In this document: piece by piece, positions 47,284-59,089 of the stretch
Numbering within the stretch: the stretch's first letter is position 1
Layout: each line of letters opens with the position of its first letter
Assembly: GCA_965207445.1 (NCBI GenBank)
Contig: CBDBLX010000002.1
Coordinates: 1,463,849 to 1,527,848 of the forward strand
Direction: 5' to 3'
Origin: Nitrosopumilus sp.
Lineage (GTDB): Archaea; Thermoproteota; Nitrososphaeria; Nitrososphaerales; Nitrosopumilaceae
DNA: 64,000 nucleotides
The notes under the pieces: generated by a model
Database searches by the model: none
What the model was told of the DNA's origin: nothing
Seen by the model: the letters and a program-made list of their open reading frames with translations, nothing else
Position numbers and translations under genes: made by a program

Positions 47284-47676
47284 TTGAGTGAGACTGCATT
47301 GTCATCAGTATCACGAAAAAATCTCATACTAGAGATTGGATCAAAGGATAATCGTCTAGAGTGTGATTTACGTCGTCATTTATCACCACGAACAGTAGGT
47401 ATAATAATACGATCATTACCATTACAGGGAAATGCACATAAAATGAGTGAAAATATAGTATACATTGAAACGTCAATAGATTCAGGATTAGAACGAGCAC
47501 GAACAGAATTCAAAAAAGGAGATATTGCATTTTTGCCAGCAACAGAGAGTATATGCTTTTTTCTAGATGATGTAAATACTACAAAAAAGATGACACCAAT
47601 AGGACATCTAAGGGGTGATATGGATTTACTAAAATTAATAAAAACTGGCACAGTATTATCAATATTAGAAAATTGA
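47284..47676 (+). CDS. Cyclophilin-like fold protein
   Basis: SPRTV..I.RSLP..G and KKGDIAFLP..SICFF pattern. Confidence 0.75.
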   Translation: MSETALSSVSRKNLILEIGSKDNRLECDLRRHLSPRTVGIIIRSLPLQGNAHKMSENIVYIETSIDSGLERARTEFKKGDIAFLPATESICFFLDDVNTTKKMTPIGHLRGDMDLLKLIKTGTVLSILEN

Positions 47677-47735
47677 TGTTGTAAAAATGATTTGGATGTG
47701 TGTTTGTAGAGTAAGCATACTTGTAAACAAAATTA

Positions 47736-49895
47736 GTAACGTGTCACCTCCCCCCACCGCATCGTGCCTAAATAAGTTCATACTAACACGAATATCATCT
47801 TAGTGAACATATATATTATCTGCGGAAAAACACATCTCACAGGAAATGTACCCGTCTACAACACTGTACGCGCATTATGATGTAACGTAATTTGAGATAT
47901 TACTAGTACTCTAAACAAGTGACAAACGTAAAGTTAACGTGGTTGGGCATTTACGTTTTCATTGTGGTGCATATACAGGGGGCATTTTATGGACATGTGG
48001 ATAAAGCCAACCTTGTGAGGTTTACATCGTGGTGCAATGACAACAAGTATAGTAGAAACTGCAACATGCGGATAAAACCAAACCTGTTAGGTTCTCATGT
48101 ATTATCGATTCATGCTGAAAAGAGTCGCAACAATTCTATATTTGGATCTTTGTCTTGAGCTTTCCATGTCATCAGAACACTTGCAATGACACAGTATCTT
48201 TTGGCCCCCTCCATCCCCCAAAACCAAAAACTCGAATTCCGTTTGAGTACAAATGGACGTATTCCTCGCTCTGCTATGTTATTTGTAAGTGACATCTCGG
48301 GGTATTGTACTGCAGTAAACAAGTGATCGGAGCAGTTGAATAAATATCTGCCAGATTTAGCTCCACGGTCTAGTAATTGTTCACCGATAGTTTTCACAAG
48401 TTTGATGAGTTTGTTTATTTTAGTTGTGGGTGTGTCTGGTGGCAGTGTTTTTGTGTAGTGGTATATGGCCATAACTATTCCATACAGGTATGTTGCAGTC
48501 GAATCCTTTAGCTTTACAGTGTTGTTTTTAATCTTGGTCTTTACATGCGCCCAGCATAATTGATACGTATCAAAGCAATTGTATGATGGTGCTGCATCAC
48601 GTGTCACTTTCAAGTGGGGATACGGATTGGCTTGTTTTACATCATCCATTGAGCGGGATGATAGGGCTTGATATTGAATCCATATTTTGTCACCGATTGT
48701 AATTCCTAGCCTGCCACTCTTTTTGCCAATCTTTACTGGTGTGTCATCAATATTTCCTGCTGCACTATTTCCGATCTCTTTGCCTATACGCTCGTACTCA
48801 GAAGTAAGCTTTGCAGCTGCTGCCTTTAGTCCTTTTCGTAAAGTATCATGAGCAAATCTTTTGTGATAGTGTATCTCGACATCATCAGCAAGTTGGTTCA
48901 TTGTGTGGACATTAAGTGATGCGCGCGTGAGTTTAACAAGAAAGTGTTGTCCAAATGAAGTATCGGGTATTATAGAATCGTGCATACAGTTTATGCTACC
49001 ACAATTCTCACACCAATATACGCGTGTGTGACACCATATCTCCTCTAGTTCATTATGATCGTCGAGTTCATGTAATGTCTTGTATTCTTCATAAGCTTGC
49101 TCTATTTCACAATCACATTCAGGGCATGTGTCTAGTTCAATATCAAATGTTTTGCCTGGATTAAATGGTCTAAATGATGGATCATGTTTTAAAGGCGGTC
49201 CCAGTTTGGCAGGTGGCTTGTCTTGTGCTGCTTTTTCTGCACGGTCTTGTTTCTCTTTTTGTATCTGTTTTTGTGTCACTGTTTTGTGAGATGTAGGCGT
49301 GGCGCCATCGTCATTTGCAGCATCTCTGCGCTCTAAATCTGCATTGTGTCGCTTGTATTCTTCTAGTTGTGCTAATAGTTCTTGATATTTGTCTGTAATA
49401 ATTTTGCATTCATTTCTCATCATGTCTCCATACTGTGCGGTAGATTTTGCCAAATCTTCAAGTATCAGCTCACGTGATGTATGCCTGCCAGTCTGCGCCA
49501 TAAATGCCAATTTCTGATTTAGTAGTATGATGTCAAGTTCCCTTCCACCTAATCTATCAAGCAACTCCATACACTTTTCCTTCCACATGTTTTTCTCTTT
49601 TCGGTCCTCTTTCATGGCCTTTCGTAAACTAGCATTTTCATTCAAAACTTGGGACATTGCCTCGTCATAGCTGATCGAATCTACATCGACTTTGTTAAAT
49701 AATTCATCTGTAACTATCTTTTGTTGCTGCATACATTTACTCATTTTTTCTCTATATGAGTAAATGGCAGTATACGTATTTAACTACCCGCATACTTTTT
49801 TTGCATTATCTTACAATTTCAGTGATTTGTGATGGTGGTGGTGTGCGTCCATGCCTAGTCCACGTGGTATAAAGAGGGGGGAGGTGACACGTTAC
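47736..49895 (-). mobile_element. Intact IS66-family element (single-ORF, ISBst12-like), 2160 bp
   Basis: Perfect 20-bp TIRs gtaacgtgtcacctcccccc (47736-47755, 49876-49895) and 8-bp TSD caaaatta (47728-47735, 49896-49903). Confidence 0.95.
48110..49744 (-). CDS. IS66 TnpC transposase
   Basis: Coiled coil, CPEC..CENC zinc finger, IDDTP, TRD..PSY, QLCWAH, TNNIAERGIRPFV. Confidence 0.92.
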   Translation of the reverse strand: MSKCMQQQKIVTDELFNKVDVDSISYDEAMSQVLNENASLRKAMKEDRKEKNMWKEKCMELLDRLGGRELDIILLNQKLAFMAQTGRHTSRELILEDLAKSTAQYGDMMRNECKIITDKYQELLAQLEEYKRHNADLERRDAANDDGATPTSHKTVTQKQIQKEKQDRAEKAAQDKPPAKLGPPLKHDPSFRPFNPGKTFDIELDTCPECDCEIEQAYEEYKTLHELDDHNELEEIWCHTRVYWCENCGSINCMHDSIIPDTSFGQHFLVKLTRASLNVHTMNQLADDVEIHYHKRFAHDTLRKGLKAAAAKLTSEYERIGKEIGNSAAGNIDDTPVKIGKKSGRLGITIGDKIWIQYQALSSRSMDDVKQANPYPHLKVTRDAAPSYNCFDTYQLCWAHVKTKIKNNTVKLKDSTATYLYGIVMAIYHYTKTLPPDTPTTKINKLIKLVKTIGEQLLDRGAKSGRYLFNCSDHLFTAVQYPEMSLTNNIAERGIRPFVLKRNSSFWFWGMEGAKRYCVIASVLMTWKAQDKDPNIELLRLFSA

Positions 49896-49949
49896 CAAAA
49901 TTAAACAAAGACTAAAAATTACATAGATTAAAAGTAGAAAAATAAAGTA

Positions 49950-50672
49950 CTAGATAGAAGAATTATCAGAATTTTGAGTAGAACTTTCAGGTGATGTTTG
50001 TGATTCAGAGTCATTTACAGAGGGTGTAGATGTTGTGATAGTGTCTTGAGTAGTATCTGTTGTGGTATTAGGGGTATTGTCTTGAGTAGTATCTGTTGTG
50101 GTATTAGGGGTATTGTCTTGAGTAGTATCTGTTGTGGTATTAGGGGTATTGTCTTGAGTAGTGTCTTGAGTAGTGTCTGTTGTGGTATTAGGGGTATTGT
50201 CTTGAGTAGTATCTGTTGTGGTATTAGGGGTATTGTCTTGAGTAGTATTATCTGTCTTTACAGCATCATTACCTTTGGAATCACTTTTTTGTTCGACTGA
50301 TGTTGTTTTTTTGCGTTTTGACTTTAAATCAGATTCACGTTTTTCTTTCTCTGCTTTGGCAAGTTCGGCATCTTGATACAGATAGTGACCAGAGTATCCA
50401 CCAATTACACTTACAGTGCCCTCTGATAATGCATTTTTGAGAAACTTGTTGGTAGCGGAGATCTTTACTCCAAGATGTCTTGCAAGATCTTGTGCAGTGA
50501 TTACCTTTGAATTTTTTACTATTTTGAGTGCTTGCTCACCATTAACTTTGACTACAATCTCTGCTTTTTTTGGACCAGACTCTTGTCCAGCATCTTTTTT
50601 GCCTTTTTTAGAGACCTTGGCAGAAGAAGATTTGTCTTTACTTGCAGCCGTAGGTTTTTTTGCGCCACCCAT
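49950..50672 (-). CDS. rps25e: 30S ribosomal protein S25e with a long repetitive C-terminal extension
   Basis: MGGAKKP lysine-rich N-terminus and KVITAQDLARHLGVKISA..GGYSGHYLY. Start set at the in-frame ATG 50672. Confidence 0.85.
   Translation of the reverse strand: MGGAKKPTAASKDKSSSAKVSKKGKKDAGQESGPKKAEIVVKVNGEQALKIVKNSKVITAQDLARHLGVKISATNKFLKNALSEGTVSVIGGYSGHYLYQDAELAKAEKEKRESDLKSKRKKTTSVEQKSDSKGNDAVKTDNTTQDNTPNTTTDTTQDNTPNTTTDTTQDTTQDNTPNTTTDTTQDNTPNTTTDTTQDNTPNTTTDTTQDTITTSTPSVNDSESQTSPESSTQNSDNSSI
50043..50246. repeat. 36-bp coding tandem repeat (~5 copies, TTQDNTPNTTTD)
   Basis: Unit gtcttgagtagtatctgttgtggtattaggggtatt. Confidence 0.9.
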
Positions 50673-51044
50673 ATACATAATCAAATATGCTCTATTTATA
50701 AACCAACAGTGATTAACTAAATCAGTCATTTTTAAAAAAAAGTATTGCATAGCATCATGATGTTAATTGTAATTTACACCATTGCTCAATGCCTCGTGTT
50801 CTCACATCACATGAAACCAACTCATATACACCCAGAGACTAGTCATCCAAATGCTCAACAAGTACATTGATGTCCGATGGTAGTTTGCCGGATTATTTTG
50901 TTTTAGTATTATTATTATTAGGATCTGCAATAGACACAGTACAACTCGGAAATTCTTTGATAAATCACATCTCATGCCATCATGTAATGAGCATATCAAT
51001 TATCAACTCTAGGAGAATTTTACCTGTCCATTTTACACTACATA

Positions 51045-51559
51045 CTAAACAAAAGAGATTGTAGAGAATCTCTGCTCGCAATCAAGATGGTTCACCCACA
51101 GGCGCTCAATTAAGATAAACGATTTGGAAAAGATAAGAGGTGAAAATCACCGACTATCGAAATAACGACCAACTAAACTGTGCCATAACTCATCATTACA
51201 TCCTGCTGAAGATGAGTTTTGAAGTCTCTTTGATATACAAGATCTTTGAGACCGTAAACTCGCAAATCTACCGGTTCATTGCGCCAGTACAACCGGCCCA
51301 ACAAAGCCCAAGGAGCCTCACCATAGATAGTTCATGCCTAAAATGCAAGCACAAGCTTAAAGTTCAAACAAACCTAGAAAAGAACGGGCCACTGAGAGCC
51401 GACTCTATAGCATATCCTGTCTTGACTGACTCAGTTGAATGCCCAGAGTGCAGAGAAATGATAAACTTTGTATCGTGGCGCCAAAAAAGATTCACAGATG
51501 GAAAAAATGGAGGTCAGATAGGACAGATGACACGTTCAAGGAGATATTTGAGCAGATGA
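51045..51559 (+). pseudogene. 3' fragment resembling SDH-family Clp-fold serine proteinase with C-terminal zinc ribbon
   Basis: LCSQSRWFTHRRSIKINDLE, a frameshift, then KITDY..YKIFETVNSQIYRF..CLKC..CPEC. Recognised from memory only. Confidence 0.45.
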
Positions 51560-51772
51560 AAAAAGGAGAGTCGGAGCAAGGGCACTGGTGACGGAATATG
51601 AGAGATGCACTCAAACAAAGTAACGAGATAATGGAACTAATCAATCTCATCGAAGAGGCAACACCTGCCAACGATCCTATTCTTTATTCTGGCTCTTGAT
51701 GCATGTCCATTTGTAATAGTTAGGTTTGCCACACCCCAGTATTCAATTACAGACACGACACTAATTTACAAT

Positions 51773-51851
51773 GTAACTGTTCAATCCTCGCACCTACACC
51801 AGATTAGACGATGAATCTATGCCTAAATTTGAAAAGGGGTCGAACGGTTAC
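51773..51851 (-). mobile_element. Degenerate full-length GTAACC-MITE
   Basis: gtaactgttcaatcc..gcctaaattt..ggggtcgaacggttac; flanks atttacaat/tattacgat match at 6 of 9 positions. Confidence 0.85.
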
Positions 51852-51901
51852 TATTACGATCTCAAAAACATAAATAAATACGATACATTCTACTCATATA
51901 C

Positions 51902-52114
51902 ATGGGCATTGTATCAAAAGGTGCAAAATGCGACGTAGATGGCTGTGACAAGGATGGCGTTCGATCAATTAACACTCTCAAAGTTCAAAGTGCAGGATTA
52001 CGTGTCAGTAGTGCCGGAAAAAAAGCTATTCTATGTAAAGAATGCTACAAAGAATGGAAGAAAGAGTCAAAAGAAGACCGCGACCTTGAAAGGGCAAGAT
52101 ATGATCGATTTTAA
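51902..52114 (+). CDS. Small Cys-rich (CxxxxC..CxxC) conserved archaeal-type hypothetical protein
   Basis: 70-aa ORF with a clean ATG, AT-rich promoter-like upstream DNA and a zinc-ligand pattern. Confidence 0.75.
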   Translation: MGIVSKGAKCDVDGCDKDGVRSINTLKVQSAGLRVSSAGKKAILCKECYKEWKKESKEDRDLERARYDRF

Positions 52115-52137
52115 TCATATATGACATATTTACAAAA

Positions 52138-53202
52138 TCACTCTAAATAGTCTGATCTCAGTTTTTCATACATTGTATTTAATTTATCATATAGTCTCTT
52201 TGGTTTTTTAGATTTTTGATTCGATATTACATAAAGTGCCAAAAGTGGAAACGCAATAGTCGTGTCTGCATATACCGTAACGACTCCACTATGAGCATCT
52301 TGTATCTTTCCCCAACTCTTACCTTCTTGCAATGTAGCCCCCGACAGTCCACCAGTATCAGGACGTGCATCAGTTATCTGTATTATGTAATCATGACCAC
52401 CATCATTTCTTCGTAAAATTTGATCTAGTAATGGTCCTGTCTGTTGTGCAGTATTCTTTGGCACACCTCCACCAAGCTCAATTATTCCGGATTTATCAGA
52501 ATCATACAAGATCGCTGCCTGCTCTAAAATCTCACGTGTAAAATCAAGATTGTACTTTTTACCCTGTAGTCGATATGCTGCTAAATTGAGTGCTAGTGAC
52601 GAGTCTTTTATTGTCGATATGTACAAGGGCACACCACACCTGTATGCAGATGCAACAAAACTCTTTTCAGGATATGTAGCATGCTCAAAACTCGCCTTGC
52701 CCATTGCATTGCAAAACTCTGCAGTGGTAAATGATCTTTCTGTAAATTTACTATCTGTTGCAAACATCTTTTGGATAATTTGATCTTCTGCCTCTAGTGT
52801 CTCGTAAAATTTAATGTAAATGTCACGTATTCGTACAATCTCATTTTCATACAATTGCGCATCATCGACATTAAAACTTCCTTGTTTTATTGGCAGTCCC
52901 CATGCAAAATGATCTTCATGATACACATTAGCACCAGTCGATATTATCCAATCCACAAAACCACGCTCAATGAGTGTCTTTACAATACCACCCAACCCCA
53001 CAGGTGTAAGTGCACCAGATATGGTCAAACATATGATCGCATCATTATCAATCATTGTATTGTATAATTTGGCAGATTCACCTAGTGCTCTTGCATTATA
53101 TCCAGACCCCGCATAAAGTTCAATTAGATCAGATATGCTCATATTAGAATCTATATTCATATGCGATATATCCTTGCCACAAAATTTATGAGGATCATGC
53201 AT
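52138..53202 (-). CDS. Deoxyhypusine synthase-family protein (DHS / homospermidine synthase-like)
   Basis: GYNAR.L, SGALTPVG, STGANVYHE, LGGGVPKN, DTGGLSGATLQEGKSWGK, DTTIAFPL. Confidence 0.9.
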   Translation of the reverse strand: MHDPHKFCGKDISHMNIDSNMSISDLIELYAGSGYNARALGESAKLYNTMIDNDAIICLTISGALTPVGLGGIVKTLIERGFVDWIISTGANVYHEDHFAWGLPIKQGSFNVDDAQLYENEIVRIRDIYIKFYETLEAEDQIIQKMFATDSKFTERSFTTAEFCNAMGKASFEHATYPEKSFVASAYRCGVPLYISTIKDSSLALNLAAYRLQGKKYNLDFTREILEQAAILYDSDKSGIIELGGGVPKNTAQQTGPLLDQILRRNDGGHDYIIQITDARPDTGGLSGATLQEGKSWGKIQDAHSGVVTVYADTTIAFPLLALYVISNQKSKKPKRLYDKLNTMYEKLRSDYLE

Positions 53203-53247
53203 GGAATTGAGTTTACATATATGTAATTATCCCTTGCGAATTTTCAA

Positions 53248-54574
53248 TGTGCTATCCTGTAAGTACTTCCACTTATGATTTGACATATGCATGACTCTCC
53301 ATTTCTTTTGCTGTTATGTCTTTTGGTGCTTGTTTGCGTTTATAGGCTTCTATAGGCGTTTCTTTACCGTCTTTTAGTGACATATGTGGGAGATTATTGT
53401 ACCAGTTGACGAGTCTTGTTATTGGGTCTGTTATACCCATAGTATGGAATGGATTCCCCACATGGTCACCGGGTTTGGAACCACGAACTGTATTACATGC
53501 AGACTCTTCTTCAAATGATTTTAGATGTTGTTCAATCTCAGAGTGGAATCGTTCTAATTTACCATTGGTTTGAGGGTGTTTTATACGTGCCATGACTTGT
53601 TTGATACCAAGCTCGACTAACTTGTTCTCAAATACTGCTACACCACGCTCAGAGTTCTTTTTCTCATTTGCATAGAACTGAGATCCATGATCCGTTAGTA
53701 TTTGGGCAGGTTTGCCATATTTCTTGATGGCACCTTCAAGCACCTTTATTGCATGATCACTTGTAGGTTCATTATACACTCCAAAGCCCATAATCATCCT
53801 AGATGCATCGTCCTGATAGGACACAAACCATCTACCATCGTAAATCTGCTTAAAATCAGTATGCCATAAAGAATTTGAGAATCTTCTCTCATACCTAACC
53901 CACTTTCGCTGCTTTGCTTTTTTTGGTTGGTTTTCTACTAACTCCTCATCTTTCAATATCTTATATATGATATTGTGAGAAATATGGATTCCTATTTCTT
54001 CTTCTATTATAGTCTCGAGTCTGACTGCCATACGTCTGTTCTGCTTGCAACAAGATATCACAGCAGAATGTTCTCGACGGCCTGGTAATCCATTAGAAGG
54101 ACGTCCCATCTTTGGAGGATATGTGATATCTTTTGGCTGTAAATGACCATATCGTGAGAACAATTCTCTAACCCATCGTGCAGACACACCCACTAATTTT
54201 GCAATCTGGGCGTCACTCATCTCATCATTGTGCTTTTGCTGAACTATCCACCGTACCTGTTCCTCATCAAGTTTATGTATTACACGAAGTTTTTTACCAT
54301 TTTTGAGCCTAGTTTTGATCTTTGTACGAGGATCATGATTGGACCCACACACCTTCATTTCCACTCCGCACGCGGATATATGAGGATCTACACCACTAGT
54401 AGCCAATTTTCTTTTCTCTCCAAGTGGGCTTAAAAGCTAAACTCATCATACGCTTCATATTAAATATGATTATATCTAGGCGTACACTCAAGGCGGAAGT
54501 ACTTACATTGACGATTATTCCTATGATCATATCTAGGCGTACACTCAAGGCGGAAGTACTTACAAGACAACTTA
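53248..54574 (-). mobile_element. IS481/IS1202-like element, 1327 bp, with 15-bp flanking direct repeat
   Basis: Imperfect 23-bp TIRs with a perfect core tgtaagtacttcc (53258-53270, 54552-54564). cttgcgaattttcaa occurs at 53233-53247 and 54575-54589. Confidence 0.85.
53273..54406 (-). CDS. IS481-type DDE transposase (integrase core)
   Basis: HTH IAKLVGVSARWV, LWHTDFK, DDASR, ILTDHGSQF, HPQTNGKLERFH, YN..PHMSL...TP. Confidence 0.93.
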   Translation of the reverse strand: MATSGVDPHISACGVEMKVCGSNHDPRTKIKTRLKNGKKLRVIHKLDEEQVRWIVQQKHNDEMSDAQIAKLVGVSARWVRELFSRYGHLQPKDITYPPKMGRPSNGLPGRREHSAVISCCKQNRRMAVRLETIIEEEIGIHISHNIIYKILKDEELVENQPKKAKQRKWVRYERRFSNSLWHTDFKQIYDGRWFVSYQDDASRMIMGFGVYNEPTSDHAIKVLEGAIKKYGKPAQILTDHGSQFYANEKKNSERGVAVFENKLVELGIKQVMARIKHPQTNGKLERFHSEIEQHLKSFEEESACNTVRGSKPGDHVGNPFHTMGITDPITRLVNWYNNLPHMSLKDGKETPIEAYKRKQAPKDITAKEMESHAYVKS

Positions 54575-54623
54575 CTTGCGAATTTTCAAAGACATATCAA
54601 TAATATACAATACAACTAACATT

Positions 54624-55001
54624 ATGAGAATAATAGAGGTTCGAGATCAACGTGTGTTAAGTGACGGTCCCACAGATACATCAGTAATAATTAAACAAGG
54701 GCAGATCAAACAAGATGAATTCATCATTACGAGAATAGAGTTGCGACATTACATTGACAACAACAGCAATAACAGCAATAAAACACAACAACATAACAAG
54801 CCAGGGTACGATCTAAGGCAAAAAACATACTCTGTGATTACTGCATATGTAGAGACTAACAAGGGGTCAGTTGAGATGACATATGATGAGGGGTTTTTAG
54901 GCAACAGCCCACTAACAACAGCATCCAAACTCTTAACTGAAAATATAGGACTATCTGCACTAGTACTGCGATGTGTGATTGCAATCAAGAGTAAATTATG
55001 A
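54624..55001 (+). CDS. Hypothetical protein
   Basis: ORF from the in-frame ATG at 54624, co-oriented upstream of thrS. Confidence 0.65.
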   Translation: MRIIEVRDQRVLSDGPTDTSVIIKQGQIKQDEFIITRIELRHYIDNNSNNSNKTQQHNKPGYDLRQKTYSVITAYVETNKGSVEMTYDEGFLGNSPLTTASKLLTENIGLSALVLRCVIAIKSKL

Positions 55002-55079
55002 CAAGAGGTAAAACACCAAAGAAGAAGAGGAAGATGATGATGGTAAACATTTAATTCAACTCTGATTTTTTTGTGCACT

Positions 55080-56980
<1,901 letters not shown>

Positions 56981-56981
<1 letters not shown>

Positions 56982-57913
56982 TGAGTTATGCAGAACTATA
57001 CTTGGGTGCAAGTGGCCCTCTGATATCAGGTGGAAAAAATGAATATACATCTGATGAAAATAGTAATGGAAACATACAACAAAATCAACAAGACTATACA
57101 TGCTCCATATTTGGCGTGCCATTTGATGCAACACACTCATACAAACCCGGCTGCAGGTTCGGCCCCGATGCCATCCGAACTGCATTTAACAACATTGAGG
57201 TATTTCATCCCGAATTAGGGGTAGACTTGGAGTCTGTTATAGTCAATGATATGGGAAACATACCACATACAGCATCATCTGCCAAGATGCTAGATATGAC
57301 AAAACATGTGACAAGTGATTTGATCAAAAGAGATAAACCAGTATTCATATTGGGAGGAGAACATCTTTTGACATATGCTACATATTTGGCATTTCCAAAA
57401 GATGTTGCGTATATAGTATTTGATGCTCATTATGACCTACGTGATGAATATGGAGATGTTGCGTATAATCATGCTACATATTTGAGACGGATAGTAGAAC
57501 AGCGAGATGCAAACAATATACTTCACATAGGAGCAAGAGCATTTGCAGCAGAAGAGTTGATATTTTTGAGGGATTCTAAGATTAATCATATAACAAATTC
57601 AGATATTGTACATCATTACGACAGAGTATCCAAAACGTTAAGGGATTTTGCATCAATGTATGATGCCATATATGTCAGTTATGACCTCGATGTTCTTGAT
57701 CCTGCATTTGCACCAGGTGTTGGTAATCCAGAAGCAGAAGGAATAACATCAAGAGAACTCTTTGATATGATACGTGTACTAGCAGATATAGACGCTCGTA
57801 TAGTAGGATCAGATATAGTAGAGATGAACCCTACATATGATACAGGTGCAACATCAGCACTAGCTGCCAAGATACTCTCAATGATGATAGCGATGACCAC
57901 TAATCAGCATTAA
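56981..57913 (+). CDS. speB: Agmatinase (ureohydrolase family)
   Basis: GVPFD..PGCRFGP.AIR, GGEH, DAHYD, DLDVLDPAFAPG; start overlaps the thrS stop. Confidence 0.93.
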
Positions 57914-58087
57914 CAATAACATAAACAACAACAGTAGCAGTAATAGTAGCAGTGGTGGTGGTGGCGGTAGCGGTGGCAACAACGAGAATAATATCTGCTG
58001 TAAGATGCAATTTTACTGTTTTTATGTCATGGCAAGATCAGTACACATTGACTACTTTATAATGATGAGCCACAATGTTATTTTATC

Positions 58088-58729
58088 ATGCTAAATAATT
58101 TACGTGAATCATTAAAACCAGTACTTGAAAAGATTGGCAGAGGTTTTGCTGCAACAAAACTCTCACCTAACTTTTGGACATGTGTTGGTTTGATATTTTC
58201 TATAGCGGCTGCCACATCATATGGGTTAGAGTCAATCATAATTGAAGAGATTACATTACAACAACAACAACAAACACCATTATTTGAGACAATACTACAA
58301 CACACACCTAGTTATGCATTGTTAGTAGGAGGGATACTATTACTGATATCAGGATTCTTTGATATTGTGGACGGACAGGTAGCACGAGTGACAAAAAAGA
58401 CATCACAAAAGGGCGCGTACCTTGATTCAGTATCAGATAAAATTGCAGAGTCTGCCATATTTGTAGGAATTGTAATAGGCGGATATGTAGAACCATGGCT
58501 AGTCATACTAGCAGCCACACTTTCATTGCTTGTAGGATATGCAAGAGCCAAATCCGATGCACTAAACATAAAGATGCAAGGTGTTGGAATTGGCGAGCGT
58601 GCAGAGCGACTTTTGATAATTGCCATAATTGGCATGGTAGGATTCATGCAGATTGCACTTTTGATCGTAATTATAATATCTGCAATCACACTAGTACAAC
58701 GAATGATCAGTACATCAAGACAACTATAA
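58088..58729 (+). CDS. CDP-alcohol phosphatidyltransferase (archaetidylinositol phosphate synthase-like)
   Basis: DIVDGQVAR...GAYLDSVSD signature, SPN..T, ERAER. Confidence 0.92.
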   Translation: MLNNLRESLKPVLEKIGRGFAATKLSPNFWTCVGLIFSIAAATSYGLESIIIEEITLQQQQQTPLFETILQHTPSYALLVGGILLLISGFFDIVDGQVARVTKKTSQKGAYLDSVSDKIAESAIFVGIVIGGYVEPWLVILAATLSLLVGYARAKSDALNIKMQGVGIGERAERLLIIAIIGMVGFMQIALLIVIIISAITLVQRMISTSRQL

Positions 58730-58757
58730 ACAAGAGTTTGTAATTGATCATGTATAA

Positions 58758-59045
58758 TTATCGGAGTTTGCCGCGTTTGCGTCTGCTGTCTGCAGACCGT
58801 ATCTTTAAGATCTTAAAATGAATTGCACATGATACACAATACCACTTTAAGACAGTCGGAGATGCAATGTATGCGCCTTGTGCACGTAGTTCTTTTGCAA
58901 GGGTGTGCTCCACCAAATTGAGTCGTGATGTCACCTTTTTTGCTTTGTCTTTTGGCACAGTCTGGCCACAATTTGTACATTGGACCACACCAGAGTATCC
59001 CTTACCGCCCTTTGTGCGTCCACGACTAGCGCGTTTTAATGGCAT
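58758..59045 (-). CDS. rps26e: 30S ribosomal protein S26e
   Basis: MPLKRASRGR..VQCTNCG..VPKDKA..YCVSCAIH. Confidence 0.96.
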   Translation of the reverse strand: MPLKRASRGRTKGGKGYSGVVQCTNCGQTVPKDKAKKVTSRLNLVEHTLAKELRAQGAYIASPTVLKWYCVSCAIHFKILKIRSADSRRKRGKLR

Positions 59046-59089
59046 GTATTTTTGATATTGAACTTACTTATAATCTTGCGCATATGTCC

